From positions 1 through 27,504 of the forward strand of contig JBBCAW010000141.1 of NCBI GenBank assembly GCA_051382295.1: a stretch of DNA of 27,504 bases, in the 5' to 3' direction. Positions 8,568-18,337 of this stretch are shown here, piece after piece. Position numbers and translations under genes: made by a program. The first letter of the stretch is position 1. Every line of letters starts with the position of its first letter. The DNA comes from Bdellovibrionota bacterium FG-1 (GTDB taxonomy: Bacteria; Bdellovibrionota; UBA1018). The notes under the pieces were generated by a model. The model was not told where the DNA came from, did no database searches, and saw nothing but the letters and a program-made list of their open reading frames with translations.

Positions 8568-9204
8568 GGTGCACCATAAAATAGTCGCGAAGAGACTCGG
8601 CTTCGACCAACAGAAGTTTAGTTCGGCGCGAAAATACGTTGTAGGCAATGACCGCTGGGATGGCCACAAAGAGGCCCACTGCAGTCGCCATCAGTGCTTC
8701 GGAGATCCCGGTCATCACCGAATGTGTATTGGATGATTCGGCGGCTAATGATCCGAACGCTTGGATAATGCCTAGCACCGTTCCAAATAAACCAATAAAG
8801 GGTGCATTCGAACCCAGCGTGGCCAGGGTGGTCAGTCCTTTTTCCATTTTGACGCGTTCAATCGAAAGATGACTTCTCACGGCACGGTCAATTTCGCCTG
8901 AGTTAATATCTAGTGCCGCTTTAAGAGCTCCAGCGGGCACCCGTACGAGGGGGTCTGGGGTAGTCTCGGCCGCCGTAAGCTGGACCCACGCTCTGAGGGC
9001 GTCCCATTTTTGCGCGGTGATCAACTGACGAGCTTCGTCTAACTGAGTACGACCGTTGGAGGATTTTCCGCTATAAAGAGCCCTAAATCGGTCTACCATG
9101 ATCGCTACTGACCAGACCGACAGAGCGACCAGAAGGATGAGAACCCCTCGTGAAGCCCATTGTGTTGCAATGATCCAACCCGGAAGTGAAACAGTGTTGC
9201 CCAT
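8557..9204 (-). CDS. exbB: MotA/TolQ/ExbB proton channel protein
   Basis: LATLGSNAPFIGLFGTVLGII and GISEALMATAVGLFVAIPA. ATG 9204 is preferred because a promoter lies just upstream. Confidence 0.92.
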   Translation of the reverse strand: MGNTVSLPGWIIATQWASRGVLILLVALSVWSVAIMVDRFRALYSGKSSNGRTQLDEARQLITAQKWDALRAWVQLTAAETTPDPLVRVPAGALKAALDINSGEIDRAVRSHLSIERVKMEKGLTTLATLGSNAPFIGLFGTVLGIIQAFGSLAAESSNTHSVMTGISEALMATAVGLFVAIPAVIAYNVFSRRTKLLLVEAESLRDYFMVHRGG

Positions 9205-9212
9205 GGCAAAAG

Positions 9213-9242
9213 ATTCTAATGGCGGGGGGCGGCCAATCGCAA
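9213..9242 (-). promoter_or_regulatory. Sigma70-type promoter for the exbB operon (near-leaderless)
   Basis: TTGCGA-N18-TAGAAT, 8 nt before ATG 9204. Confidence 0.55.
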
Positions 9243-9347
9243 GGCCTAAGAAACATAACGCAGTGGACCTCGCCAAATATTTTAGATTCCCTTAAACTCT
9301 ATACAAGGTTCAATAAAGCAAGCACGGGATGTGCGGGATCGAACGAA

Positions 9348-9572
9348 ATGGATGACAGAACGAACCCAGACGAAATCAATCACAAAGAGATGGTGCGAAG
9401 GCATTTGAAGGTTCTTCTCCTTCATTTGGCCGCAAGAAGTGAGCATCCGAGCCGTGACCTTGAAAGTCTTCTTCAGGATGTGATTGAAGAACTTCATAAA
9501 GAAGTCAAAGAAGCGCTCGAGGCAAAAAAACATCTGAGATTAGTGGTGGATTCGCCTGATTCTATGAATTGA
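9348..9572 (+). CDS. Small helical hypothetical protein (74 aa)
   Basis: MDDRTNPDE...HLRLVVDS. Fills the intergenic gap and has amphipathic helical character. Confidence 0.55.
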   Translation: MDDRTNPDEINHKEMVRRHLKVLLLHLAARSEHPSRDLESLLQDVIEELHKEVKEALEAKKHLRLVVDSPDSMN

Positions 9573-10551
9573 GCCATTCCACAATTTCTTGGGTGCTTTG
9601 CCGGCGTTTGATTTCGTCCCACCAAGGGAGTGGTCGTGCCGTACGCACAAACCCGAACCATTGCTTGATTCGCGGGGCGAGCTGGCGTTCATCGTAGTAG
9701 GGCGCGCAGATCTCCATCCAGCGTTTCATCCACGGGACCCAGGTGACAGGCTGAGTGAGCGCGTCCAGGTCGGGAGTGGTTACTCCTGAAGTTATTCTGA
9801 GGGCAAGGAGGGGATCCGCCAGCGCGCCTCGGCCTAGCATAAAGTGTTCGCAACCGGTTTGCTCTTGGCAACGCCGAAAATCCTCCACGCTCCAGATGTC
9901 CCCATTGGCAATAATGGGAATCGAATTGCCGATGCGGCGATTGACTTCGCCGATAGGGCCCCAATAAGCGGGAGGACGGTAGCCCTGCTCTTTGGTTCGG
10001 CCGTGAATCGTGATCCAGGTGGCCCCGCCTTCAGCCGCTCGATCTGCGTTGAGATGAATGGCGTCCATCGCGTCCCAGCCCAATCGAAGTTTGACTGAAA
10101 CGGGCATATGAGGTGGGACTGCGGCACGAACCGCACTGACGATCGCGCGGATTCGGTCGGGGTATTTGAGAAGCGCGGCCCCGCCATCCCTGCCATTGAC
10201 GGTGGGGGAGGGACAACCAAAATTGAGATCGATACCCCAGGCTCCGGCTTCGCAGGCTCGCGCAGCTGAGAGGGCCAGCTTGTTTGGATCGCCTCCTAAG
10301 AGTTGGACATGAACTGGAATGCCCGCGGACGTTCGCGCGCCGCAGAGAAGTTCAGGAACGTGTTCTCGGAAAGTGCGAAGTCCGGGGATATCTTGGCTGA
10401 TCCGCAGAAATTCAGACACGCAAAAATTGAAACCCCCGAGTTCCGTCAGAAAGGCGCGCATCGGTGCATCAGTCACCCCTTCCATCGGGGCAAGAATAAT
10501 GGCGGGCGTGCCTCGGCGAATTTGCGGTCCCTCCTCTCGGCCAATATTCAC
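9562..10551 (-). CDS. dusC: tRNA-dihydrouridine synthase (DusC-like)
   Basis: LAPMEG, QLLG, IDLNFGCP, VKLRLG, IHGRT, ANGDI and MLGRG motifs. GTG start at 10551 overlaps the upstream stop (GTGA). Confidence 0.9.
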   Translation of the reverse strand: MNIGREEGPQIRRGTPAIILAPMEGVTDAPMRAFLTELGGFNFCVSEFLRISQDIPGLRTFREHVPELLCGARTSAGIPVHVQLLGGDPNKLALSAARACEAGAWGIDLNFGCPSPTVNGRDGGAALLKYPDRIRAIVSAVRAAVPPHMPVSVKLRLGWDAMDAIHLNADRAAEGGATWITIHGRTKEQGYRPPAYWGPIGEVNRRIGNSIPIIANGDIWSVEDFRRCQEQTGCEHFMLGRGALADPLLALRITSGVTTPDLDALTQPVTWVPWMKRWMEICAPYYDERQLAPRIKQWFGFVRTARPLPWWDEIKRRQSTQEIVEWLNS

Positions 10552-12173
10552 TGCGTGGACCTCACGATCAAAAAATGCGGTTTTAAATTCGGATTTTGAA
10601 GCGTGATTTTGAGACGCACGTCTTGATTGTTTCCGAGTCCCTCGTAAAAACCGAGGGTTTCGATGAACTGGGTGGTGGGGGAGTCGCCGGGGGAGAGGAG
10701 CGGTTTGATCCCTAATTTTGCCCAGCTTCCATCGCGAAGGTGAATCTGCGGCGCGAGGTAATCGTAAGCCCCTAGGTCCCCTTTGACTGGGGTGTCCGAA
10801 AAACGCAAAGTGAGGGCCCAATCTTCAAGCATGTCGTTGAAAGACCCGAATTGATCGTGCGCGACGGATTCGAGGTTCCTGACCCCCTGAAGGCCGCTCG
10901 TAGTCAGTTTCTTCCAAAAATTTTCATGGCCGACTTTTTCGGCGATTCGCCATAAAAACAAAAAGTCCAAGCCGTACATCGCTCGGAGTTCGTCGCTATA
11001 GCTCGGATAATTCGCGTAAACAATGCGGTAATTCCAGGGCTCTTTGATGCCAATATTGGCAAAAATTTGAGGTTGGGTATAAGACGGGATGCCAATATTG
11101 CAGAGTTCGACCGCCGCGACGGCGGAGGCTTCTTCGATCCAAGGCTTTTCAAATTCTGACCAGATAGGCTCATGCTTGGCTAAAGCGATTTTCATTTGGG
11201 CGTAAGAGGCGATCAGGTGTTTGGTCTCGTGGGCGATGGTTTGATTGACGATCTGTTGGAAATAAAAATCGCGCGATAAGCCCCAGGCCGCGACCCCTTT
11301 GGGGGTATTAATATAGATGATGTCGCCTTCGTTGGTTTTCCAGCTTGCGGAATAGACCTCGTGAGAGACCAGATCCCAAGGAGCCACATAGCCATTGATT
11401 TTTGTGTTTTGTAAAAGACTGGAAAGCACGACAAGGTATTTGCCGTTTTGATCGACGTCGGGCACCGGTCCGAAAAACTTTTCGAGTTGCGGAAGCGTAT
11501 TGTTGTCCAGAATGCTGCCGATGGCGGCGAGTTCGTCCGTGGAAAACTGATCCAGGTCGTTTTGATCGACAAAAAATGCGGCTCTCTTGCTTTGGTATCT
11601 GAGGAGGGCCGGGGCGTCAGCTTGGTCATAGTCGTTGATGATAATCTGAAAGTGGCAGATCGTTTCGTCGGTGATGAGCGGACCTCGACAAGATCCAAAG
11701 GGATGTGGCGCGGGGGCGTTGGGATTCCCCGGTAAGGGACGAGTGAAAGAATTTCTTCGGTTGAGAAATTTCAGGTCCGACTGGGGGCCCAACGATGGGG
11801 CGATTTGGTTAACCGTCACGGCAGCACTTTTTGAGGGACTGAGGCCTTCCGCCGAAACCTGAAAATAAAAGGACTGCTCTTGCTTGGCGGGGTCCGGTTC
11901 GTTCCAGTCGATTTGATCGCTTTGGACGGCAATCACACTGAGCGTTTCGTTGGCTTTGAGGTTGGGGACGATGATCTCGCTCGTGGGGGTGCCATCGGCG
12001 GCGAGCGTGAAATGGTTTGAGTTTAGGTGCGAGATGGCTTGGTCGGCAGGAAGTGTTGAAGGTTCGGCTGAGGGCTCGGCGGATGGATTCGAGTCGGGGG
12101 GCGTTACACAGGCTGCGAGTAAAAATGCCAAGGAGAGAGGAGCGAGGGAGGGGGTGAAAAGTGACTTTTTCAT
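10548..12173 (-). CDS. Lipoprotein Zn-metallopeptidase (M30/hyicolysin-like)
   Basis: Lipobox LAAC, PDVDQNGK, NEGDIIYIN, HExxH (HETKH) and downstream WIEE third-ligand motif. Confidence 0.72.
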   Translation of the reverse strand: MKKSLFTPSLAPLSLAFLLAACVTPPDSNPSAEPSAEPSTLPADQAISHLNSNHFTLAADGTPTSEIIVPNLKANETLSVIAVQSDQIDWNEPDPAKQEQSFYFQVSAEGLSPSKSAAVTVNQIAPSLGPQSDLKFLNRRNSFTRPLPGNPNAPAPHPFGSCRGPLITDETICHFQIIINDYDQADAPALLRYQSKRAAFFVDQNDLDQFSTDELAAIGSILDNNTLPQLEKFFGPVPDVDQNGKYLVVLSSLLQNTKINGYVAPWDLVSHEVYSASWKTNEGDIIYINTPKGVAAWGLSRDFYFQQIVNQTIAHETKHLIASYAQMKIALAKHEPIWSEFEKPWIEEASAVAAVELCNIGIPSYTQPQIFANIGIKEPWNYRIVYANYPSYSDELRAMYGLDFLFLWRIAEKVGHENFWKKLTTSGLQGVRNLESVAHDQFGSFNDMLEDWALTLRFSDTPVKGDLGAYDYLAPQIHLRDGSWAKLGIKPLLSPGDSPTTQFIETLGFYEGLGNNQDVRLKITLQNPNLKPHFLIVRSTQ

Positions 12174-12294
12174 AGCGGGTGGATATTACAATAATAGATC
12201 AAAACAGTCAAATAATATAAACGGTATAAAAACAATACCTTGAGTGATGAACGAGATCTATTTAGATTCACTGGCCGATGCCGATCAGTAGCTG

Positions 12295-13755
12295 ATGGGT
12301 ATTAAAGACGAAAATCTGCCTAAACTTCTGAACACCATTCTCAATTCATTTATTGAACTTTGTGGGTGTGATGGTGGGGCGATCTACACCATGAAAAAGG
12401 ATCCCAAAACGGGCGAGTCCAAACTGGCTTTTGCGGCGATGGTCACTCGCAGTATTAAGCTTCAGAGTGTTCCGGATCATCTGCAAGATTTGACTTTTAG
12501 TTTGGATGAAACCACGCTCGTGGGGCGCACCGCGACTCAACGGGTTTGTCATAAAGTGTCCGTTCAAGAGCAGCTTCGCGAAAAAGCGACGGCTGAGCGC
12601 GTGGATTCGATCCTGCATTATCATACTCGCAATATTCTTTCGGCTCCGTTGATTACGCCTCGCGGGGATTTGGTGGGAGTTTGTCAGCTTCTGAATAAAA
12701 ATCCTTACGCTGGCCAGGCTCAGCCTGATTTTGATGATCGCGATGAGAGGCTTTTTTCAATCGTGTCGGCGCAAGCGGCGTTTGCCATTGAAAATAGCTT
12801 ACTTCTTCAAGAACAAGAGCGACTTTTGGAAGGGTTTGTGAACGCATGCGTGATCGCGGTGGAAGCGCGTGATCCCAGTACCTCCGGGCATTCGACGCGG
12901 GTCGCTGATTACTCCTTGGAACTCGCCCAGGCCGTCAATCGAGTTAAAACAGGGCCGCTTCGCGAGGTGGTCTTCAATGAAACCCAGCTACGGGAAGTGC
13001 GTTTTGCGGCCATGCTTCACGATATCGGCAAGATATCAGTCAAAGAATCCGTGTTGATGAAGGAAAAAAAGCTGCATCCGTGGGAGTTTGAGTTGATTCG
13101 AATGCGTCTCAAATGGATGCGGGCGGAGCTGAGGCTTCATGCCCAAAAAACCGGAAATTTGGACCGAGTTTTGATGCAACGACTGGAGTCGGCTTTTCAG
13201 CTGATCAGTGAGGCGAACGAGCCGCTGGTGATGCCTGGGGAGGTGAGTGGCGTGATTCATGACCTGCAGGGCTTTCATGTCATGACCGAGGAGGGCGAGA
13301 AACTGTCGGTTTTGACTCACGAGGAGGGCTTTAAACTTTCTATATTGAAAGGCTCCCTGACTTCGGATGAGCGCCTCGAGGTGGAGCGTCACGTCAGTCA
13401 TACCTACGAGATTTTAAAGATGGTTCCTTGGAGTCGGGGTTTGGAAGGGGTACCGGAAATCGCTTATCGGCACCATGAAAAGTTGGATGGCACCGGCTAT
13501 CCGTGTCGATGTCCCGCAGACGAAATCCCTCTTCCGAGCAGGTTGCTGACGATTTGTGATATTTTTGATGCCTTGATCGCCGATGATCGGCCCTATAAGC
13601 GAGCGCTGCCCGTTGAAAAAGCCCTCGAAATTTTGACAGTGGAGGTGGGTACCGGAAAGCTCGATCCTCTGTTTTTTCAGGTTTTTTTAGAGGCTAAAAT
13701 TTTTGAATTTGGCAAATCGGCGCGACGAGACGAAAAAAGAAAGAAAATCGCCTAA
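12295..13755 (+). CDS. GAF + HD-GYP cyclic-di-GMP phosphodiesterase; in-frame upstream ATG 12247 is cut off by TAG 12289
   Basis: GAF motif PLITPRGDLVGVCQLLNK...FDDRDE. HD-GYP motifs TSGHS, LHDIGK, HHEKLDGTGYP, DIFDAL and DRPYK. Confidence 0.92.
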   Translation: MGIKDENLPKLLNTILNSFIELCGCDGGAIYTMKKDPKTGESKLAFAAMVTRSIKLQSVPDHLQDLTFSLDETTLVGRTATQRVCHKVSVQEQLREKATAERVDSILHYHTRNILSAPLITPRGDLVGVCQLLNKNPYAGQAQPDFDDRDERLFSIVSAQAAFAIENSLLLQEQERLLEGFVNACVIAVEARDPSTSGHSTRVADYSLELAQAVNRVKTGPLREVVFNETQLREVRFAAMLHDIGKISVKESVLMKEKKLHPWEFELIRMRLKWMRAELRLHAQKTGNLDRVLMQRLESAFQLISEANEPLVMPGEVSGVIHDLQGFHVMTEEGEKLSVLTHEEGFKLSILKGSLTSDERLEVERHVSHTYEILKMVPWSRGLEGVPEIAYRHHEKLDGTGYPCRCPADEIPLPSRLLTICDIFDALIADDRPYKRALPVEKALEILTVEVGTGKLDPLFFQVFLEAKIFEFGKSARRDEKRKKIA

Positions 13756-13757
13756 CT

Positions 13758-14201
13758 ATGTCTAAACCTCCCGGCCAAAAAGACGGCAAAGAAATTCGGA
13801 TTGATGGCCTGGGGGCGGCCGCTGAACTCTTGAATGGCTTGGATCCTGAACATCGCAAAAAATTACTTTCCGAACTGGATGCTCGAGATCCTGGTCTGAC
13901 TCGCAGGCTGGAGTCGCGGATGATTCGTTTCGAACATCTCATTCAACTTTCGGATTTAGATCTCCAGCTCGTTTTGCGAGAGGCTCATAACTCCAAATTA
14001 GTGCTGGCGCTGCGCCGCGCACCGACCGAATTGTTAGAATCCATTTCCCGCAATATGACCGCAAGGGCCGGTGAGGTGCTTCGAGACGAAGTCGCCACCC
14101 AGGGCCCCAAACGTGTTTCCGATATCATGGCGGCACAAGCCGATATTCTGAAAATTGCGATACGCCTATCCGGAGAAGGACGGATTAAATTCGGAGCGTA
14201 G
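13758..14201 (+). CDS. Stand-alone FliG C-terminal domain protein
   Basis: GLGAAAELLN, MIRFEHL, LVLALR, NMTARAG, GPKRVSDIMAAQ and GRI match the FliG_C pattern. Only 147 aa. Confidence 0.8.
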   Translation: MSKPPGQKDGKEIRIDGLGAAAELLNGLDPEHRKKLLSELDARDPGLTRRLESRMIRFEHLIQLSDLDLQLVLREAHNSKLVLALRRAPTELLESISRNMTARAGEVLRDEVATQGPKRVSDIMAAQADILKIAIRLSGEGRIKFGA

Positions 14202-15498
14202 TTCCCAGGTGGATCGCAAAATCGTTGGATTTGTAATCACCGGTCGAAGTGCCTGTTCCGGGTTGGTCAGCCGCAGTCACTGAGCCAGAGGCGAAGCTGT
14301 ACTCAATGCCACCATCCACTTGAAGGGCTGGTCCGAGAATATCCTTTCCTACTCCAAGAAGGAGCGTATGCCCCAATCCTGGCGAAGAGAAGGTAGGACG
14401 AGCGCTGCCATTGGGCGTAACCTGGGTGGTCAGGACATAGCCTACGCGAAAAGCCCAAGTTTCGAGCGCGCCACATTCATAACCCAAACGGAGGTTGTGC
14501 ATATTGCGCCAATTTTGGAAGATGGAAGGAATAGCGGTGGTCCGGCCACTTGAGGTTCCCAGGTAGGGGCTACTAGGCAGTACTAAGTTTCCAGAAATAT
14601 CTAAACTTTGATCTTTGAAGTATTCAGTCCAAGTGTATTGGGCAAAAATGGTTTCCTTGGGTAAAAACTCCCAATGTCCCCCAACATTGAATTGTTGCGG
14701 AAAAATATTGGAAACCTGAGCGTCCCCACCCGTTACGGCCTGTTGTCCGCCCCCCGCAGGGCTAGTGATCGTCCCTGAGCTGGTCCCGCTTGCGGTGAAG
14801 CCCACTTCAGTGCGCCAGTCGATGCCAAAGCCCCAGCCTTTTTCGCTCGGAGCGTATTGAAGGCCCAGTTTGAAACCATTGTACCGAGTCGCCCCAAGGT
14901 TATCGAGCAATACGGTGCTCATGGCAGACGCGGCGGTGGCCGGCAAAGAGGCTGATGCGAGTGCGGCGCTGACATGAACAATGCGGTAAGAGGCTCCGAT
15001 ACGAAGTCCATCGATCACTTCGTAGGCGGTGCCTACGGCTACTTCCATCATTGAAACATCCGCTTTGACGTCAGCTATTGAAGAACTGGTGTTTGCGCCG
15101 ATTTTGCCAAAGTCCACACCTTCATAAATGGCCTTGGTCCCGCCAGAGGCATAGGTCCCAATTCCAAACCCCCAATGTTCTAAGGGGCTCATGCTGAAAA
15201 CGACGCTATAGGGGAACGCGCTCGAGCGTTTCGAGTCTAGCGAAGTATCATTTCCGGTGAGGGGCCCAGAAAATTTGGGAAAGGTAGGATCTAAGTTCAG
15301 ACTGAGTTCGAGGCCTCGGCTTGCCGCTAAGCCAGCGGGATTGAAAACCAAGGATTCAGCGCCCGTGATAGCTGAGGTCGCCGCTCCGGCGAGGGGAGCC
15401 CAATGACCCGAGGTAAAGACCGATTTTTCGAAGCCAGCCGAAAAGGCCAGAGAGGAGGCCAAAAGCGTCATTAAGAGGATTAAAGATATGAATTTCAT
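14185..15498 (-). CDS. fadL: OmpP1/FadL long-chain fatty-acid outer-membrane transporter
   Basis: Signal peptide followed by AGF, FNPAGL hatch motif and beta-barrel pattern. Confidence 0.82.
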   Translation of the reverse strand: MKFISLILLMTLLASSLAFSAGFEKSVFTSGHWAPLAGAATSAITGAESLVFNPAGLAASRGLELSLNLDPTFPKFSGPLTGNDTSLDSKRSSAFPYSVVFSMSPLEHWGFGIGTYASGGTKAIYEGVDFGKIGANTSSSIADVKADVSMMEVAVGTAYEVIDGLRIGASYRIVHVSAALASASLPATAASAMSTVLLDNLGATRYNGFKLGLQYAPSEKGWGFGIDWRTEVGFTASGTSSGTITSPAGGGQQAVTGGDAQVSNIFPQQFNVGGHWEFLPKETIFAQYTWTEYFKDQSLDISGNLVLPSSPYLGTSSGRTTAIPSIFQNWRNMHNLRLGYECGALETWAFRVGYVLTTQVTPNGSARPTFSSPGLGHTLLLGVGKDILGPALQVDGGIEYSFASGSVTAADQPGTGTSTGDYKSNDFAIHLGTTLRI

Positions 15499-15614
15499 TC
15501 AAATTCTCACTTTCTGAGGGGGGATGCTCCCATTGATTCGTTTCTTGAGCAACTAAAAGCTCAGGTGTTTTTTTGACGCTAAGCGCTTGCGCGCGTTTTG
15601 CAAAGAGAGGGATC

Positions 15615-16451
15615 ATGTTGAGCACCAAAGGCGTGAAATGGGGCGGTACATTTTTAGGAGTTTTGGTTTTTTCGGGTTGTGGACTGAGGCTTGAATACCC
15701 CATCGGTCAGGCCCCCGTGACTCGAGTCGCAATGAAAGCTGAAGTGCGGAGTGCGGCACAGATCACAGCGCCAGCGGCAGCGGCGACCCCAATCCCAGCC
15801 GCGACTTCAATCCCAGTTCCAGTCACGCCGCGAGTCGGAGTCCCGAGTCAAAAAAGTTTGCCACCTCAGGCGAGCCCGGAACAGGCTAGGGGTTGTCATT
15901 CACAGGGCGATTTGATTTGTTTGGCGTTGAAGTATGTAGCCTATCAAGATGGGAGCGGTAATCTGCCCCAAACTGAGTACGACTTGGGACAGCAGCTCGG
16001 GCAAGTCAATCGAATATGGCAGGATTGCGGCATTCAATTTCAACTGGATCAGTTTCTTTCGGTCTTGCCGGTGGATCATAGTCTTCGTTATCAAACAGCG
16101 GACTATCGAGAACTCAACGAGATCCGGCGGCTGTTTATGGAAGACTCAACCTTTTTGGTAGTGGCCACCGGAGCTTGGAATCGATCCGGTACTTTAGGAA
16201 ACACCTGGGCTAATGCATGGACCAATTTGCCGGGTGAAGGGCTCTATGGAGCGATTTTGGAGCGTCCAGTGGCCGATGATGCGAACCTTTTAGCCCATGA
16301 ACTTGGCCATTATTTGAGTTTGGGGCATTCCAAGAAGGGACAGGATTTGATGCATCCGGTGGTTTATCGAAACTCTGTTTTGCTCACTCATGCGCAATGC
16401 GAGTCAGCTCGTTGGGCGGCAAAATCTTTCTGGGCAAATGTCATGCGTTAA
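15615..16451 (+). CDS. Lipoprotein metzincin metalloprotease (matrixin/M10-like)
   Basis: Lipobox FSGC, HELGHYLSLGH (HExxHxxGxxH-like) and Met-turn LMHP. Confidence 0.8.
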   Translation: MLSTKGVKWGGTFLGVLVFSGCGLRLEYPIGQAPVTRVAMKAEVRSAAQITAPAAAATPIPAATSIPVPVTPRVGVPSQKSLPPQASPEQARGCHSQGDLICLALKYVAYQDGSGNLPQTEYDLGQQLGQVNRIWQDCGIQFQLDQFLSVLPVDHSLRYQTADYRELNEIRRLFMEDSTFLVVATGAWNRSGTLGNTWANAWTNLPGEGLYGAILERPVADDANLLAHELGHYLSLGHSKKGQDLMHPVVYRNSVLLTHAQCESARWAAKSFWANVMR

Positions 16452-16545
16452 TAATGTTAGGAAGAAGAAGGGATTTCTTGAATCTGCTACCGCCCTCGAC
16501 ATAAAATAAGTCATAAGTAAAAAGGGTGCGGCAGGGCCCGACATT

Positions 16546-17400
16546 TTGCTGACACGTATCAAAAACTATCTCCTAGAGCATAGCGTTAGTTCTGACTTGA
16601 GTCAGAGGATCGATCGTGCGGTTACCGATGTCAACTCCGCGGGGTTTGATCATTGGGGTTTGGATCCAAAAACGGTTAAAGCGACTGCCGGGGCCTTGGA
16701 GTGGCTCTATCGCAAATATTTCAGAGTCAAGACCGTGGGGATCAAGAATATTCCTCGCGGAAGGGTTTTGTTGATCGCTAATCATGGCGGACAAATCCCT
16801 TTCGATGGGGCGCTGATCGCTCTTTCGGTTTTGCTGGATGGCAAGCCGCCGCGGATTGCTCGGGGGATGGTGGAACGATGGTTTCCGGTGCTTCCATTTA
16901 TTAGTACTTTGTTTACCCGCTGTGGTGGAATGGTGGGGGATCATCGGAATTGCAGACTTCTGCTGGAAAATGAACAGTGCGTCTTGGTTTTTCCAGAAGG
17001 GGTCAAGGGCAGCGGAAAGTCGATTTTTGAGGCTTATCAGCTGCAAAGTTTTGGTACGGGATTTATGAGGTTAGCGTTGGAGACCCAGGCGCCGATTGTG
17101 CCGGTGGCGGTCATCGGATGCGAAGAGGTTTATCCCGGGATCATGAATCTTAAACGTCTCGCTAAATTGATCGGAGCGCCTTATGTTCCGATCACGCCTT
17201 TTTTTCCATTTTTAGGGCCGTTGGGAATGTTGCCTCTTCCCACTCAGGTTACGCTTCGTTTTGGGGCGCCGCTGCGTTTTGACGTGGATCCGGAAGCACC
17301 CGATGCCCAAATTGTGGATTTGGTGGAAAAAGTCCGCGACTCGATCGCAGCAGAGATTAAAAAAGGCCTAGAAGATCGGGGAGGGCATGTTTTTGGCTGA
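16546..17400 (+). CDS. Lysophospholipid acyltransferase (PlsC family)
   Basis: NHGGQIPFD (HX4D), VFPEG and GFMRLAL...PIVPVAV. Confidence 0.9.
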   Translation: MLTRIKNYLLEHSVSSDLSQRIDRAVTDVNSAGFDHWGLDPKTVKATAGALEWLYRKYFRVKTVGIKNIPRGRVLLIANHGGQIPFDGALIALSVLLDGKPPRIARGMVERWFPVLPFISTLFTRCGGMVGDHRNCRLLLENEQCVLVFPEGVKGSGKSIFEAYQLQSFGTGFMRLALETQAPIVPVAVIGCEEVYPGIMNLKRLAKLIGAPYVPITPFFPFLGPLGMLPLPTQVTLRFGAPLRFDVDPEAPDAQIVDLVEKVRDSIAAEIKKGLEDRGGHVFG

Positions 17401-18337
17401 GCCTATTTCAAAACCTAAAGTTCTGATTACAGGCGCGGCTGGGGGCTTGGCACGGGTGGTAGTCAATCAGCTTGTTGATGACTATGAGTTGGTGGGCGTC
17501 GATCCCAGACCTTTTCCTTCGGCGCGTGAGTTTCCAGGTGAGTTTCATCAAGTGGATTACGTCAAAAGAAAGATGGCGGACATCTTTCGCAATCACTCCT
17601 TTCACGCGCTTTTGCATTTGGGCCGAGTGCCGGTTACCGCCAAGGCCCGTCAGAGTGTGCGTTATAATATCAATGTGCTGGGTACGCGCAATTTATTGGA
17701 GCTGGCGCTTAAGTTTCACGTCAAGACCGTGATTGTGTTTAGCACTTTTCATGTTTACGGAGCCCATCAGCACAACCATCTTCAAATGACGGAGGAGGAT
17801 CCGCTTCGCGCGAGTCAGATTTTTGCGGAGCTTTCAGACGCCGTTGAGCTCGATAATGTCTCGAGCATGTTCTTGCTCAAAAATCGGGATCAGGTGCGAA
17901 CGGTGATCTTGAGACCCGTTAACGTGATTGGTCCTGAAATTCAAAATCAGGTCGCCAAGCTATTACGGGCGGCTTACTGCCCAGTGCTGATGGGGTATGA
18001 CCCCATGATGCAGTTTATTCATGAGTACGATATAGCCCGCGCCTTGGTTTTAAGCCTCCAGGGTGACAAAATGGGGGTTTATAACGTCGCGGGAGAAGGG
18101 TTGATTCCTTGGACGGATGCGGTTCGAATCGCCGGGGCCACGCCCGTGCCGATTCCGCATTTTCTGGCCTATCCTTTTTTTGCGGCAGTTTCAAAGTTGG
18201 GCGTGAATTTTCCTAAGCATTTGCTGGATTATTTTAGATACCCGACGATTGTGACGGATGCGGCGTTCCGCGAAGATATGGGCTATGAACCCAAAATGAC
18301 GACGATCGATGCTTTACGGAGTATTCGAAACGGCTGA
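17387..18337 (+). CDS. NAD-dependent epimerase/dehydratase (extended SDR)
   Basis: VLITGAAGGLA, INVLGT, VYGA, LRPVNVIGP and QFIHEYD. Confidence 0.88.
   Translation: MFLAEPISKPKVLITGAAGGLARVVVNQLVDDYELVGVDPRPFPSAREFPGEFHQVDYVKRKMADIFRNHSFHALLHLGRVPVTAKARQSVRYNINVLGTRNLLELALKFHVKTVIVFSTFHVYGAHQHNHLQMTEEDPLRASQIFAELSDAVELDNVSSMFLLKNRDQVRTVILRPVNVIGPEIQNQVAKLLRAAYCPVLMGYDPMMQFIHEYDIARALVLSLQGDKMGVYNVAGEGLIPWTDAVRIAGATPVPIPHFLAYPFFAAVSKLGVNFPKHLLDYFRYPTIVTDAAFREDMGYEPKMTTIDALRSIRNG

Noticed and set aside
9205..9347. Cobalamin riboswitch or Fur box upstream of the TonB operon
   Set aside because: No B12-box or Fur consensus was recognised, and the promoter sits immediately before the ATG.
10552..10821. 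N-terminal extension of the Dus ORF
   Set aside because: It overlaps the metallopeptidase gene on the same strand. GTG 10551 with an SD is the better start.
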